DNA of 64,000 bases from an uncultured Candidatus Saccharibacteria bacterium (GCA_964349945.1 CAYGIH010000001.1:105306-169305), one strand, 5' to 3'. Shown: positions 17,962 to 27,094, counted from the first letter of the stretch. The notes: generated by a model not told the origin, from the sequence alone. Numbers and translations: made by a program.

Positions 17962-18417
17962 CTAACGCATCAAATCCTTGAGTGCTACTTGCTTGGCTCG
18001 CCACTCGCGAAAGCGTGGATTGACGAAGAGGAAAATCCCTCCGACTGCCACCGCAGATACGAACGTCTTGGGGAAAAGGACGAATAGCTCAGCCAACCAC
18101 AATCCTAGGAAAGCTCCACAGAAGAGCCAAATACCTTCTGCGTAGTCGCCCCCCAAGAGTGACGTGATGAGGGCAAAGCAGGCGAGCAGGGTGGTGATGG
18201 TGACAGCGAAGCTGTGCTCATTCATATAGGTGAACAAGAGACCAGAGAAGAAGCAGATGCTCGGGATGACTAGCACCAGTCCGTTCTTCTTCTTCACTTG
18301 TTTACGGAACCAATGAATAAGGCCCACAAAAAGTGCAGTCATGGAACCTCCAGAGGGTGGGGAAGCGGAAAGTGTCTTCCAATATAATAACACAAATTGC
18401 AAATTTTGCAATATCAC
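17962..18417 (-). CDS. hypothetical integral membrane protein (elevated-GC gene)
   Basis: Four or more hydrophobic helices. GC well above neighbours. Start codon uncertain; an internal Met (MTALF…) is also possible. Confidence 0.45.
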   Translation of the reverse strand: MILQNLQFVLLYWKTLSASPPSGGSMTALFVGLIHWFRKQVKKKNGLVLVIPSICFFSGLLFTYMNEHSFAVTITTLLACFALITSLLGGDYAEGIWLFCGAFLGLWLAELFVLFPKTFVSAVAVGGIFLFVNPRFREWRAKQVALKDLMR

Positions 18418-18442
18418 TTGAGTAACATCCGATGTTGCTCAA
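18418..18442. repeat. palindromic motif TTGAGyAACATCCGATGTTGCTCAA, copy A
   Basis: 25-bp near-perfect inverted repeat next to a terminator hairpin. The same motif recurs at 23959-23983. Confidence 0.6.
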
Positions 18443-18468
18443 AAAACCACCCTTGCGGGTGGTTTTTT
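18441..18468. terminator. bidirectional rho-independent terminator downstream of ftsZ
   Basis: A6-accaccc-ttgc-gggtggt-T6. Confidence 0.75.
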
Positions 18469-18480
18469 GCTTGTTCTTAA

Positions 18481-19665
18481 TTATTTTAGTTTTGAACGGC
18501 GGAGGAAGGCAGGCACGGCACCCCAGTCATCATCATTATCATCTTTGACCGAAGGGGCAATGACTTCTGTATTTTTCTTTTCCTCTGTCAGAGGTTTCTC
18601 TATAACCTTTTCTACTGGCTTGGAGAAGATGGGCATACTGTTAAATATTTTATCTTTACCATCCTCAACTGGAGTGTTCTGGAAAAGGGAAGTAGCCTTG
18701 CGTTGAACATTATCAGGGAAACTTGCAGCGATGACGGTGATCTTGACTTCACCCTTCTTGAGTTTGTCATCCTTGACTGTCCCAAAGATAATCTTCGCAT
18801 TAGAATCCACTGATTCGGTGATAACCTTGGCTGCATCTTGAATTTCAAACATAGTGAGGTCGTCACCTCCAGCGATAGAGAAGAGTACACCTTTTGCCCC
18901 AATGATAGAAACTTCAAGGAGAGGGCTTGAGATGGCTAGACGAGCTGCTTCTTCTGCACGCTTTTCACCTGTGGCGTGTCCTATACCCATGAGAGCTGCA
19001 CCAGCGTTTTCCATAATTGAACGAATATCAGCGAAGTCTATATTGATGATTCCTGGAGTAGTGATGAGATCAGAGATACCTTCTACGGCTTGTTTGAGGA
19101 TATTGTCGCATGAAGCGAAGGCGTTTTTGGCTGTAGTATCTTTGTCTATAGTGGCGAGTAAGCGGTCGTTAGGAATGAGAATAAGGGCATCTACTGACTG
19201 CTTTAATTCTTCTATACCAGCCTCAGCAATTTTCATTCTTTGAACCCCTTCGAAGAAGAAAGGTTTTGTCACCACAGCCACAGTGAGGCAACCAGATTCC
19301 TTGGCAGTCCTTGCGATAACAGGAGCGGCACCAGAACCAGTTCCACCACCCATACCACAAGCGATGAAGACCATGTCTGCTCCTTTGATTGCTTCTTGAA
19401 TTTCTTCTTTTGTTTCTTCGACTGCACGTTTACCGAGTTCAGGATTCATCCCTGTGCCCAAACCTCTGGTTAGGTTCTTTCCTATGTGGATTTTTTTCTT
19501 AGCTAAGGCGTGATGTAAATCCTGTGCATCTGTGTTTACTGAAATGAAATCAACACCCTTCACTTTGGAGTTAATCATGTGATTAACTGCATTTTTCCCT
19601 GAACCTCCAACACCGATGACTTTGATCCTTGCGAATGCTTCAACTTCTGGTTTAATTTGTGGCAT
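18481..19665 (-). CDS. ftsZ: cell division protein FtsZ
   Basis: [13 protein letters not shown]…[12 protein letters not shown] tubulin/FtsZ signature. 394 aa. Confidence 0.95.
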   Translation of the reverse strand: MPQIKPEVEAFARIKVIGVGGSGKNAVNHMINSKVKGVDFISVNTDAQDLHHALAKKKIHIGKNLTRGLGTGMNPELGKRAVEETKEEIQEAIKGADMVFIACGMGGGTGSGAAPVIARTAKESGCLTVAVVTKPFFFEGVQRMKIAEAGIEELKQSVDALILIPNDRLLATIDKDTTAKNAFASCDNILKQAVEGISDLITTPGIINIDFADIRSIMENAGAALMGIGHATGEKRAEEAARLAISSPLLEVSIIGAKGVLFSIAGGDDLTMFEIQDAAKVITESVDSNAKIIFGTVKDDKLKKGEVKITVIAASFPDNVQRKATSLFQNTPVEDGKDKIFNSMPIFSKPVEKVIEKPLTEEKKNTEVIAPSVKDDNDDDWGAVPAFLRRSKLK

Positions 19666-19782
19666 GTTTGTCTGATAAATTCTCGTCTTTTAATGTGCCC
19701 ATAGTACAGAAAGCTCATGCAAAAGAAAACCCATTGACATTTTCCTTATAAGTTTTCTTTTTTAGCCCTAAGAATAACGGTT

Positions 19783-20985
19783 TTATGGGAGAAGTCCTTT
19801 GAACCACTCGACAGTCTTTTTTATTCCATCTTGTCCTGAAGAGACAACTCTATCCAATCCTCTTGTCCCAATACTCATCCTTTCGTTCTCTGCATTGAAG
19901 CCAAATATAGCTAAACCGTAAGCCACAGACCATGTTGAGTCTTTTGTTTTAACTTTATCTTCACTACCAAAATGTATGTCACCAATATTGGATGGAAGTT
20001 TTAGAGAATGTTCTGCAAATTCTTTTATAGTAGAAATAGCGGCACTCCCACCAGTGAGGATAATACCTGCGGGTAAGAGAGCGTTGCGTCCGATTTTCTT
20101 TAGATGAACTTCGATGAGTTCAAACATATCAGACAATCTCGCGTTCACAATTTCTTCTAATTTCTTTCTTGAATGATTTGATTTGGTTAGAGAACCAAGC
20201 TTGATTGACTCAGCTTCCTCTAAGGGCACTTTTAATCCTAGGGCTATATCATTGGTTATATCTGTCCCACCGATAGGGAAGACTTCTATAGAAATCGGGG
20301 TATTGTTCTCATAAACGACTATTGATAGGGTTTCCGCTCCAATGTTTGCGAGCAAACATCCAGCCTTTTTTTGTTTCTTAGAAAGTGTGACGAATGATGC
20401 AGCGATAGGAGAGGCTACAACATCAATGACTTCTATATCTGCATCTTCTACTGATTTAATTAAATCTTGGAGGTGATGTTCAAGGCACATTATAAAAAGT
20501 ATTTTGGCTTCCAGTTTTTGAGCCTTGAGTCCTTGGGCTCGTCCCCAAACTACCTTGCTGTCAATTTTAAATTCAACGGGGATAGTATTAATAATTTTCT
20601 TATTTAAGGCGATGGAGTGGGGAATAGCTGATTCGGCGGATTCTTCAACTTTGGTTATATCAAGATCGGTGATTTCTAAATCAGCTCTTGAAATAATTGT
20701 CGAACCACTAGCTGTCACCCCAGATAGACCAATACCACCCACAGAAACGAAAGCTCTCTTTACCTTTACTCCAGCCATTTTTTCTGCCTGAGCTACTGCT
20801 TGTTCAATGTTTTGAGTAACCTCACGGCCACTGGTGATATAGCCGTGGTGAAGACCTTTGGATTCAGAGAAACCGGTACCAATTATTTTGGGGACGATAT
20901 TATTTCCTTCTTCTACTTGTTCAGCAATAACCACACGTACGTGGAAAGTGCCTATATCAATGCCGGTAGCAATGTGGCGAGCCAT
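19783..20985 (-). CDS. ftsA: cell division protein FtsA
   Basis: Actin-like ATPase pattern (IATGIDIGT…) located upstream of ftsZ. 400 aa. Confidence 0.85.
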   Translation of the reverse strand: MARHIATGIDIGTFHVRVVIAEQVEEGNNIVPKIIGTGFSESKGLHHGYITSGREVTQNIEQAVAQAEKMAGVKVKRAFVSVGGIGLSGVTASGSTIISRADLEITDLDITKVEESAESAIPHSIALNKKIINTIPVEFKIDSKVVWGRAQGLKAQKLEAKILFIMCLEHHLQDLIKSVEDADIEVIDVVASPIAASFVTLSKKQKKAGCLLANIGAETLSIVVYENNTPISIEVFPIGGTDITNDIALGLKVPLEEAESIKLGSLTKSNHSRKKLEEIVNARLSDMFELIEVHLKKIGRNALLPAGIILTGGSAAISTIKEFAEHSLKLPSNIGDIHFGSEDKVKTKDSTWSVAYGLAIFGFNAENERMSIGTRGLDRVVSSGQDGIKKTVEWFKGLLP

Positions 20986-21344
20986 TAAATTTTAAATTTT
21001 TTTCGCAAAATTCTTTCTGCTCGCTCCATTGTATCTCCATGATCGAATCCTTTCAAATGCATGAGGCCGTGGATAAAGAGATTTCCAACACTAAAACCAT
21101 TCAAATGAGATAAATTTATAAAAATTTCTCCAGAAGTTTTAGAAAGTGGGAACGACAAAACGTTTGTTTGTTTGTCTTTGTCCCTATAAGTCTTGTTCAA
21201 CTTCCTAGAAAGTTTACTGCCACAAAAAACAAGCGAAAGTTCATAACTTTTCCCTAAAGCCTCATTTTTTATTGACTCAAAAGGCAAGGATTTTACCTTG
21301 CCCTTGGTAGTATTTCTTATACTAAATGTATCCATAATAGACAC
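20985..21344 (-). CDS. ybeY: rRNA maturation endoribonuclease YbeY
   Basis: HGLMHLKGFDHGD (H3xH5xH zinc motif). 119 aa. Confidence 0.8.
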   Translation of the reverse strand: MSIMDTFSIRNTTKGKVKSLPFESIKNEALGKSYELSLVFCGSKLSRKLNKTYRDKDKQTNVLSFPLSKTSGEIFINLSHLNGFSVGNLFIHGLMHLKGFDHGDTMERAERILRKKFKI

Positions 21345-21348
21345 CGGA

Positions 21349-21603
21349 TTATCTCTTACGCTTCTGGAATTTTGAAACCTCTTGAATCTTGCCGAGTTTA
21401 ACTAGTTCTGCAGTGACATCTTTTTTCTTTAGAAAAGCGAGAGTCTTGGCACGCTTCACGTTTTCTGATTTTACTCTTTCGTTGTATCTCTTGCTTCGAA
21501 CTCGAGGAAGGACACCAGCTCCTTGGACACGCTTTTGAAACCTTCGGAGAACCGAGAGGTTGTTTTCATTTGGACCCTTTATTACTTCTATGTTTACAGC
21601 CAT
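21349..21603 (-). CDS. rpsU: 30S ribosomal protein S21
   Basis: …LRRFQKRVQGAGVLPRVRSKRYNERVK… matches the S21 core. Start chosen at the internal Met MAVNIEV. Confidence 0.7.
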   Translation of the reverse strand: MAVNIEVIKGPNENNLSVLRRFQKRVQGAGVLPRVRSKRYNERVKSENVKRAKTLAFLKKKDVTAELVKLGKIQEVSKFQKRKR

Positions 21604-21631
21604 ATAGGGGGTCACTTTAACATATAGCCTC

Positions 21632-22810
21632 TTATAAGGCAATATGTTTGAGGTATTCAACTAATTGGGGTGCAGCTATTGTTTCTTGGGCACGGGTTGA
21701 GATGTTCCTAATAGTAACTGTATTATCTAAAGCTTCTTTTTGACCTAAGATTAAGAGATACGGGACTCTGCAACTTTCTGCACTACTGAGCTGGGCAGTA
21801 AGTTTGTCTCTGCCCAGGAAATGGTGAACCGGTATGTGATTAGAACGAAGAAGTTCTATAAGAGGCAAGGCTTTGAGTTTGGCTTCACATCCAAGCTGGA
21901 TGAGATAAAACTTGGGTTTAGGGAGGTCATTATAAACCTTTTTCATACTCTCTTTTTCTTGTCTCTTTTTGTTGTCAAAAACTGTGATGGAAACAGCTGG
22001 CAACTCCTTCTTAAAACCAACTTTTTTTGTGAGGCGAGAATATCTTGAACCAGAAGCGAGCAAGCTCTCGTCTTCGAGGTCTCGTATGGCGAAGATGGTG
22101 TGGGAATTATATTTCGGATTTCCTATGAGGGTATGCGCAAGTCTAAACTCTACATTTAAATGCTCGAGGCATTCGAGCATCTCTTTAAAATGAGCTCTAG
22201 AGGAGGCAGTGAGAGAGGCAATAGATGGGGGAATGTGAGTGTATGTGTTTTCAGGTAAATTTATTTTTAACAATTCAAACACATTGTCTTTTAATCTTTT
22301 CTTATGTTCTGCATCAAGATCACAAGCAATCTTCTTCGTATAGTTTGAAAGCTCTCGTTCGTAAGAAGCGATAGAATCCTTGTCTCCGATAGTATTAATT
22401 TCTACAACTAATTTTTTGTATCCAATTTCCTCGAGTATTGAAAGGGCGGTACGGATGAGGATGGCTTCGGCTATAGCCTGAGGGAAGCCAAGGATATGCA
22501 AACAATAATCATGGGTGCGTTTGCCCGGCTCAGATCTCCTATAAGCTATGGACAGAGGGTGAGGGAGAGAGGTGAAATTTTTTTCTGTATAGGTTCTCAA
22601 AAGAGCAGCTTTCTCTGCAGCATCGTGCCAAACTTTTTCTTCTCCAAAAGTTTTCAATTCTTCTGTTTGTTTAAGGTCTGCATCAGTAACTTTTGGGCCT
22701 TCTGTGGGGATAAAACCAAAATGAGAAGCAATATAAAGAGGCTTATCGAATTCTTTGAGCAAATATGATGGTCTGTCTTTAGTTTGTTTGGACATTTGTG
22801 GTAGTGGCAC
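21632..22810 (-). CDS. histidyl-tRNA synthetase-like class II aaRS paralog (HisRS/HisZ family, motifs partly degenerate)
   Basis: Motif-2-like AYRRSEPGKRTHDY, motif-3-like SGSRYSRLTKKVGFKKELPAVSI, and a C-terminal anticodon-binding-domain-like region (…ILGQKEALDNTVTIRNISTRAQE…). Confidence 0.5.
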   Translation of the reverse strand: MPLPQMSKQTKDRPSYLLKEFDKPLYIASHFGFIPTEGPKVTDADLKQTEELKTFGEEKVWHDAAEKAALLRTYTEKNFTSLPHPLSIAYRRSEPGKRTHDYCLHILGFPQAIAEAILIRTALSILEEIGYKKLVVEINTIGDKDSIASYERELSNYTKKIACDLDAEHKKRLKDNVFELLKINLPENTYTHIPPSIASLTASSRAHFKEMLECLEHLNVEFRLAHTLIGNPKYNSHTIFAIRDLEDESLLASGSRYSRLTKKVGFKKELPAVSITVFDNKKRQEKESMKKVYNDLPKPKFYLIQLGCEAKLKALPLIELLRSNHIPVHHFLGRDKLTAQLSSAESCRVPYLLILGQKEALDNTVTIRNISTRAQETIAAPQLVEYLKHIAL

Positions 22811-23414
22811 TTTCTGTTTTTATTTCACTGCCTGGCCAAATGTTGAAAGGCCAGAGTCGCACGATTGGTCTACCTATGAAATTCTCTCGAGGCACTGGTC
22901 CCCAAATTCTTGAATCAGCACTACCAGCGCGATTGTCTCCCATGACCCAATATTCACTCGCACTCAAGGTATAAGAAGAATTGTCTATCTTGGGAAGTTT
23001 TATATAAGGCTCGTTTAGGGTGAAGCCTTTTGGATTGTCATTGTTCACAATAGTGACTTTGCCATCTTTCACATTAACAGTTTCTCCAGGGAGACCAATG
23101 ATTCTTTTTATAAAGTATTTAGATGGATCTTTTGGGTACTTGAATATGAGGACAGAACCACGTTCAGGTAGATTGAAGCGATAACTAATCTCATCCACTA
23201 TTAAGTATTGGCCGTCTTTAAACGTTGGATCCATTGAGGCCCCATCTACTATGAAAGGTTGAGCGATATAGAGTCTAAAGGGTATGACAATAAAGACAGC
23301 AATCAGAGCAAGTTTCAACCATTCGTTCCAGTCTCCCAAAAATGATTCTTTCTTCTCTGTTTTTGTTTGCTGAAGTTCATCCATAATTTGTAGCATTGTA
23401 TTATTTAACTTCAT
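22779..23414 (-). CDS. lepB: signal peptidase I
   Basis: GASMDPTF (catalytic Ser box), GDNRAGSADSR (box E), N-terminal transmembrane segment. Start chosen at MKLNN…. Confidence 0.85.
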   Translation of the reverse strand: MKLNNTMLQIMDELQQTKTEKKESFLGDWNEWLKLALIAVFIVIPFRLYIAQPFIVDGASMDPTFKDGQYLIVDEISYRFNLPERGSVLIFKYPKDPSKYFIKRIIGLPGETVNVKDGKVTIVNNDNPKGFTLNEPYIKLPKIDNSSYTLSASEYWVMGDNRAGSADSRIWGPVPRENFIGRPIVRLWPFNIWPGSEIKTESATTTNVQTN

Positions 23415-23430
23415 TTGACACAATAGACAC

Positions 23431-23958
23431 ATGTATATCGTTGTTGGATTAGGAAATCCTGGAGAGGAATATGTGAACACCAGACACAATGCTGGGCGTT
23501 TGGCAATTGCTTATTTAGAAAAAAAAGAACCCAAGGGGGTGAAGTTTGTGCATCTTGATACTTTTATGAATAAATCAGGAAGCGGGGTAGCAAAAGTTAT
23601 TAAGTCAAAGAAAGCTGCAGAAAAACTTGTAGTTATTTATGATGATTTGGATTTGGCTCTAGGAACAATGAAGGTTTCTTATAACCGAGGCTCTGGTGGA
23701 CACAAGGGGATTGAGTCAATTGTAAGGGCATTAAAAACAGAAGCGTTTATTCGTATTCGTATAGGTACTTCCCCAAGTACTCCAAGCGGAAAGTTGAAGA
23801 AACCTCAAGGTGAGAAGGCTGTAGAGAAACATATTTTGACTGATTTCAAAAAACCAGAAATAGATACCTTAAAGAAAGTTTTCAAAAAACTCGAACCAAC
23901 CCTCGAAGCCCTCGTTGAATCTGGCCTCCAAAAAGCTATGACTGTTGGCAACAGCTAA
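23431..23958 (+). CDS. pth: peptidyl-tRNA hydrolase
   Basis: MYIVVGLGNPGEEYVNTRHNAG… 175 aa. Confidence 0.9.
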   Translation: MYIVVGLGNPGEEYVNTRHNAGRLAIAYLEKKEPKGVKFVHLDTFMNKSGSGVAKVIKSKKAAEKLVVIYDDLDLALGTMKVSYNRGSGGHKGIESIVRALKTEAFIRIRIGTSPSTPSGKLKKPQGEKAVEKHILTDFKKPEIDTLKKVFKKLEPTLEALVESGLQKAMTVGNS

Positions 23959-23983
23959 TTGAGCAACATCCGATGTTGCTCAA
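23959..23983. repeat. palindromic motif TTGAGCAACATCCGATGTTGCTCAA, copy B
   Basis: Perfect 12-bp arms around a single centre base. Followed by a terminator hairpin. Confidence 0.6.
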
Positions 23984-23985
23984 AT

Positions 23986-24020
23986 AAAAACCCCACGACT
24001 ATTTCATCGTAGGGGTTTAT
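23986..24020. terminator. rho-independent terminator (imperfect stem)
   Basis: aaaaaccccacgac…tcgtagggg followed by tttat. Confidence 0.5.
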
Positions 24021-24343
24021 TCTCCAAGACCTTCTCCCAGTCCGCCATCATCGGCAATGCTTATACCTATGCCGAGGATGAAAAAGCAGATACCGAAGAA
24101 ACAGGCTGTTCCTGGGTTGTGTTGCCCGCCCCACAATAGTGCCATCTTGCTGTTGTAAAGCATTAAAGCTAGTAATCCAAAACAGACAAACATCCAAAAT
24201 GTTCTGGCCCCAGAACCGATCCATTCATCCTCTTCTTCTCTCAAATCTTCTTGGGTGACCATTTGGAACGCTCCAGTAATGGAGGGTGATATACATAAGT
24301 CTAATTTTACCCTACTCTTTTCACTCCAAAAAATCAAAGCCAT
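24017..24343 (-). CDS. small hypothetical membrane protein
   Basis: Two hydrophobic helices and a Gly-rich C-terminus. 108 aa or shorter, depending on start. Confidence 0.4.
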   Translation of the reverse strand: MALIFWSEKSRVKLDLCISPSITGAFQMVTQEDLREEEDEWIGSGARTFWMFVCFGLLALMLYNSKMALLWGGQHNPGTACFFGICFFILGIGISIADDGGLGEGLGE

Positions 24344-24354
24344 ATAATGTTGTA

Positions 24355-24383
24355 CAAAAAATCCCCACTCGGGGATTTTTTGA
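24355..24383. terminator. bidirectional terminator downstream of rpsA
   Basis: A6-atcccc-actc-ggggat-T6. Confidence 0.75.
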
Positions 24384-24404
24384 TTGATTCTTTTGAATCT
24401 GATT

Positions 24405-25529
24405 TTATTTTACTTCCTTAGCGTCTTTGTCTAAGTAGGTGAGAGCCATTTTTTGTTCCTTGGCATCAAAGAGAGTAATCTTGAACGGATAAGTTTTACC
24501 CATTTCTAGTTTCTCCTTGAGTTTGTCTTCACCTCCGAATTCACTAACATGCACGAGTCCAGCTACTCCTTCTTCTATAGAAGCAAGCGCACCATGCTTG
24601 TTGTATTTGATGATTACTCCTTCTACCTGCATATCCTTCTTGTATTTCTTCTCTGCTTCCTTCCAAGGGTTTTCTTTCAAAGCCTTGATAGAGAGGGAAA
24701 TCTTTTCATCTTTGATTTCTATAATCTTGACCTTCACTTTCTCTCCTATCCTATACATAGCCTTTGGATTCTCGACTAGACCCCAATCGATTTCAGAAAT
24801 ATGTACGAGTCCTTCCAAACCTTCTTCTAATTTCACAAAGATTCCAAAGTCTACCAATCCAGTCACTTCACCAGTGAGTTCATCGCCCAAGGCATAGTGA
24901 GAGATAATTGATTCTTTGTTCTTTGTTTCTGGAGACTTCTCAGAGAAAATAAGTTTACCTTCTTTTGGATTGGCACCAATGATAGTAACCAAAAGTTTTG
25001 TGCCTACGAGTTTCTTTAATTCAGCGAGGATGCTGTCCTTGTCTCCGTCTGTCACACGTGGATAGTGCTCAGGCTTAAGTTGTGAGGCAGGAAGGAAACC
25101 CGAGATACCTTGCCAGTTGATAATGAGCCCACCCTTGTTGGCTTCGGTGATAGGGAGTTCGAAAACTCTCTTTTCATTGATAGCCGTATCTGCTTCACTC
25201 CAAATAAGAGCTTGTCTAGCTTCCTTGAGTGAGATTTCTATATAACCCTCTTTGCCTCCGATGCCTACAACCTTACCAGCGACAATGTCACCAATGTTTA
25301 TTTTCTTGATGATGTCTCTGGCATTTAGAAACTCTCGTCCATAGATAATACCGGTGCCGAAAGGAGCGAGGTTTATATAAACCGCACCCTTATCAACGCT
25401 TATCACTGGACCCTCAACTACATCATCAATTGATGGTGGAGTGGTGGTGTTTAAAACAATCTGACCCATGAGGCTCGTGTCTTCTACGACAGGAGCCTTT
25501 TCCTTCTTAACTTTTTCTTTTTTAATCAA
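24405..25529 (-). CDS. rpsA: 30S ribosomal protein S1 (four S1 domains)
   Basis: Repeated S1 RNA-binding domain patterns (GxV…G.FV.L…GL.H.SE). 374 aa. Confidence 0.75.
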   Translation of the reverse strand: MIKKEKVKKEKAPVVEDTSLMGQIVLNTTTPPSIDDVVEGPVISVDKGAVYINLAPFGTGIIYGREFLNARDIIKKINIGDIVAGKVVGIGGKEGYIEISLKEARQALIWSEADTAINEKRVFELPITEANKGGLIINWQGISGFLPASQLKPEHYPRVTDGDKDSILAELKKLVGTKLLVTIIGANPKEGKLIFSEKSPETKNKESIISHYALGDELTGEVTGLVDFGIFVKLEEGLEGLVHISEIDWGLVENPKAMYRIGEKVKVKIIEIKDEKISLSIKALKENPWKEAEKKYKKDMQVEGVIIKYNKHGALASIEEGVAGLVHVSEFGGEDKLKEKLEMGKTYPFKITLFDAKEQKMALTYLDKDAKEVK

Positions 25530-25639
25530 AATATAATGGCCACTTCCGGCCCTTTGCCTCAGAGTGTTTGCCTAGGCAGAAGGGGGTAACGGTTGTGGGA
25601 ACTAATAAACTGCAAGGCAGTTGGGTTATAAAGTAACAG

Positions 25640-26330
25640 AAAAATGAAAATTTGTAAACAGAAAACGCGTCCCGTTCGGGTACGCGTTGCTTTTAACTTG
25701 ATGTTTCAGGGTGCTGCCCCGTGGTCGCCGTCGAATGTTGTTGTCGTCCGGCGACCACGGGCACTACGCGCCGTTTCCTACGTGGCCTGTGGCCCAGTGG
25801 TCCTGATGAAGTATTGTGACGAGCCCGTTGGTTTCATCCAGTAAAGGATTACTACCAGGTTGGGTTAAGCTTCTGGCAGAAGCTCCGTTGCTCTTCACCT
25901 CCTAGTTTCCAGGAGCGGTCCTGGTGGCGACGTTGATGGCCGAAGTGCGGGGTTGACGACCCCAGCGACGTCGAGGCACCGTAAGCCTCTTTGGAGTCGC
26001 ACGCTCGCGTGCGGGCGGCATCGAAGCCGGCCGGCGAGCGGGCGCACTCACAGTGCGAACGGTGGTTGACCCACGTTAGCGTACCTACGTCATTGTTCTG
26101 CCTCCTGGCAGTCGGCGTTTGGCGTCAACTGTGGCGCTTAATGCCACACGAAGCGAATGAGGGACTTCCGGGTGCCCTCGACCCAAGCCGCGCGGTCCGC
26201 CTGTTGAAATCACAGAGCGGGCCACGCAAACCCCGCGACACGGCAGTGCGATGGCCAGATGGCTCCGCTACCGCCCATGAACTTTCGAACGCGGGGCAAG
26301 AAACATCAAGTTGTAAAGATCACTACTATT
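25640..26330. ncRNA. candidate structured non-coding RNA(s), identity unresolved (high-GC, ORF-free, hairpin-dense)
   Basis: GC roughly 60-65% over about 700 bp in a roughly 35% GC genome. Only junk-like ORFs. Many strong hairpins (for example gtggtcgccg…cggcgaccac and acgcgtcccgttcgggtacgcgt with a T-run). Strand not determined. Confidence 0.4.
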
Positions 26331-26457
26331 TCATCCTAGCATACTATATTGATATTGTCAAGCAATTAAATAATAAAATTGTCAATAGAGGCTAAACAGA
26401 GCCATATTTATAAAAATATGATTGGTATTTATAGACTGAATATGATAGAATATTCAT

Positions 26458-27093
26458 ATGATAATCACTTTCCAGGGTTTGGAGTCATTTCGAGTTTCTC
26501 AAGGAGACACCACTATTGCTCTTAATCCAGTTTCCAAGGATTCTAAATTCAAATCCTCTAAATCAGGAGCAGACATAACCCTCATAACCACGAATCATCC
26601 TGACCTTGCAGGCAAGGATTCTACCAGCCGTGGAGACAAAGAATCTTTTATTATTAACGGTCCTGGAGAATATGAAGTAAAGGATGTTGGGGTAAAAGGC
26701 TTTCTTTCTGAAAGTATGTATGGAGGTGAAAAACGAATTAATACTATTTACCAGATTTCCTTTGAAGGTATGAACCTCTGTTTCCTTGGTGCTCTTTCGA
26801 ATCCTTCGCTTTCTCCAGAGACGATTGAAGCCATTGAAGATGTGGATATTCTCTTTGTCCCTATTGGTGGTGAAGGAGTGCTTGATCCAGAAGCGGCTTA
26901 TAAGCTTGCAGTTTCACTTGAGCCAAAGATAATTATTCCTATGCATTATGGACAGATTGGGGATAAGAACGCTCTTAAACAATTCATAAAGGAAGGTGGC
27001 GAAGAAGATGTGGAGTCAGTAGACAAATTAGTGGTGAAGAAGAAAGACCTCGAAGGACGTGAGGGTGATGTTATTATCCTTAAGGAAGAATAG
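26458..27093 (+). CDS. MBL-fold (Lactamase_B_3-like) protein, metal-binding motif degenerate
   Basis: MIITFQGLESFRV…IALNP… and …ILFVPIGG…PMHYG pattern. The canonical HxHxDH motif is replaced by TNHPDLA. Confidence 0.45.
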   Translation: MIITFQGLESFRVSQGDTTIALNPVSKDSKFKSSKSGADITLITTNHPDLAGKDSTSRGDKESFIINGPGEYEVKDVGVKGFLSESMYGGEKRINTIYQISFEGMNLCFLGALSNPSLSPETIEAIEDVDILFVPIGGEGVLDPEAAYKLAVSLEPKIIIPMHYGQIGDKNALKQFIKEGGEEDVESVDKLVVKKKDLEGREGDVIILKEE

Positions 27094-27094
27094 T

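Noticed and set aside
25640-26330. Specific call of tmRNA (ssrA) for the high-GC block
   Set aside because: I found no tRNA-like 3' end (GGTTCGAnTCC…CCA) or 5' GGGG(n)UG pairing partner, and no credible tag-peptide reading frame ending in Ala-Ala-stop. The call was left as an unresolved ncRNA candidate.
25644-26395. ORFs 25644-25844 and 25991-26395 in the high-GC block
   Set aside because: The translations are low-complexity (Arg/Ala/Pro/Trp-rich) with no start context or RBS. The region is better explained as structured RNA.
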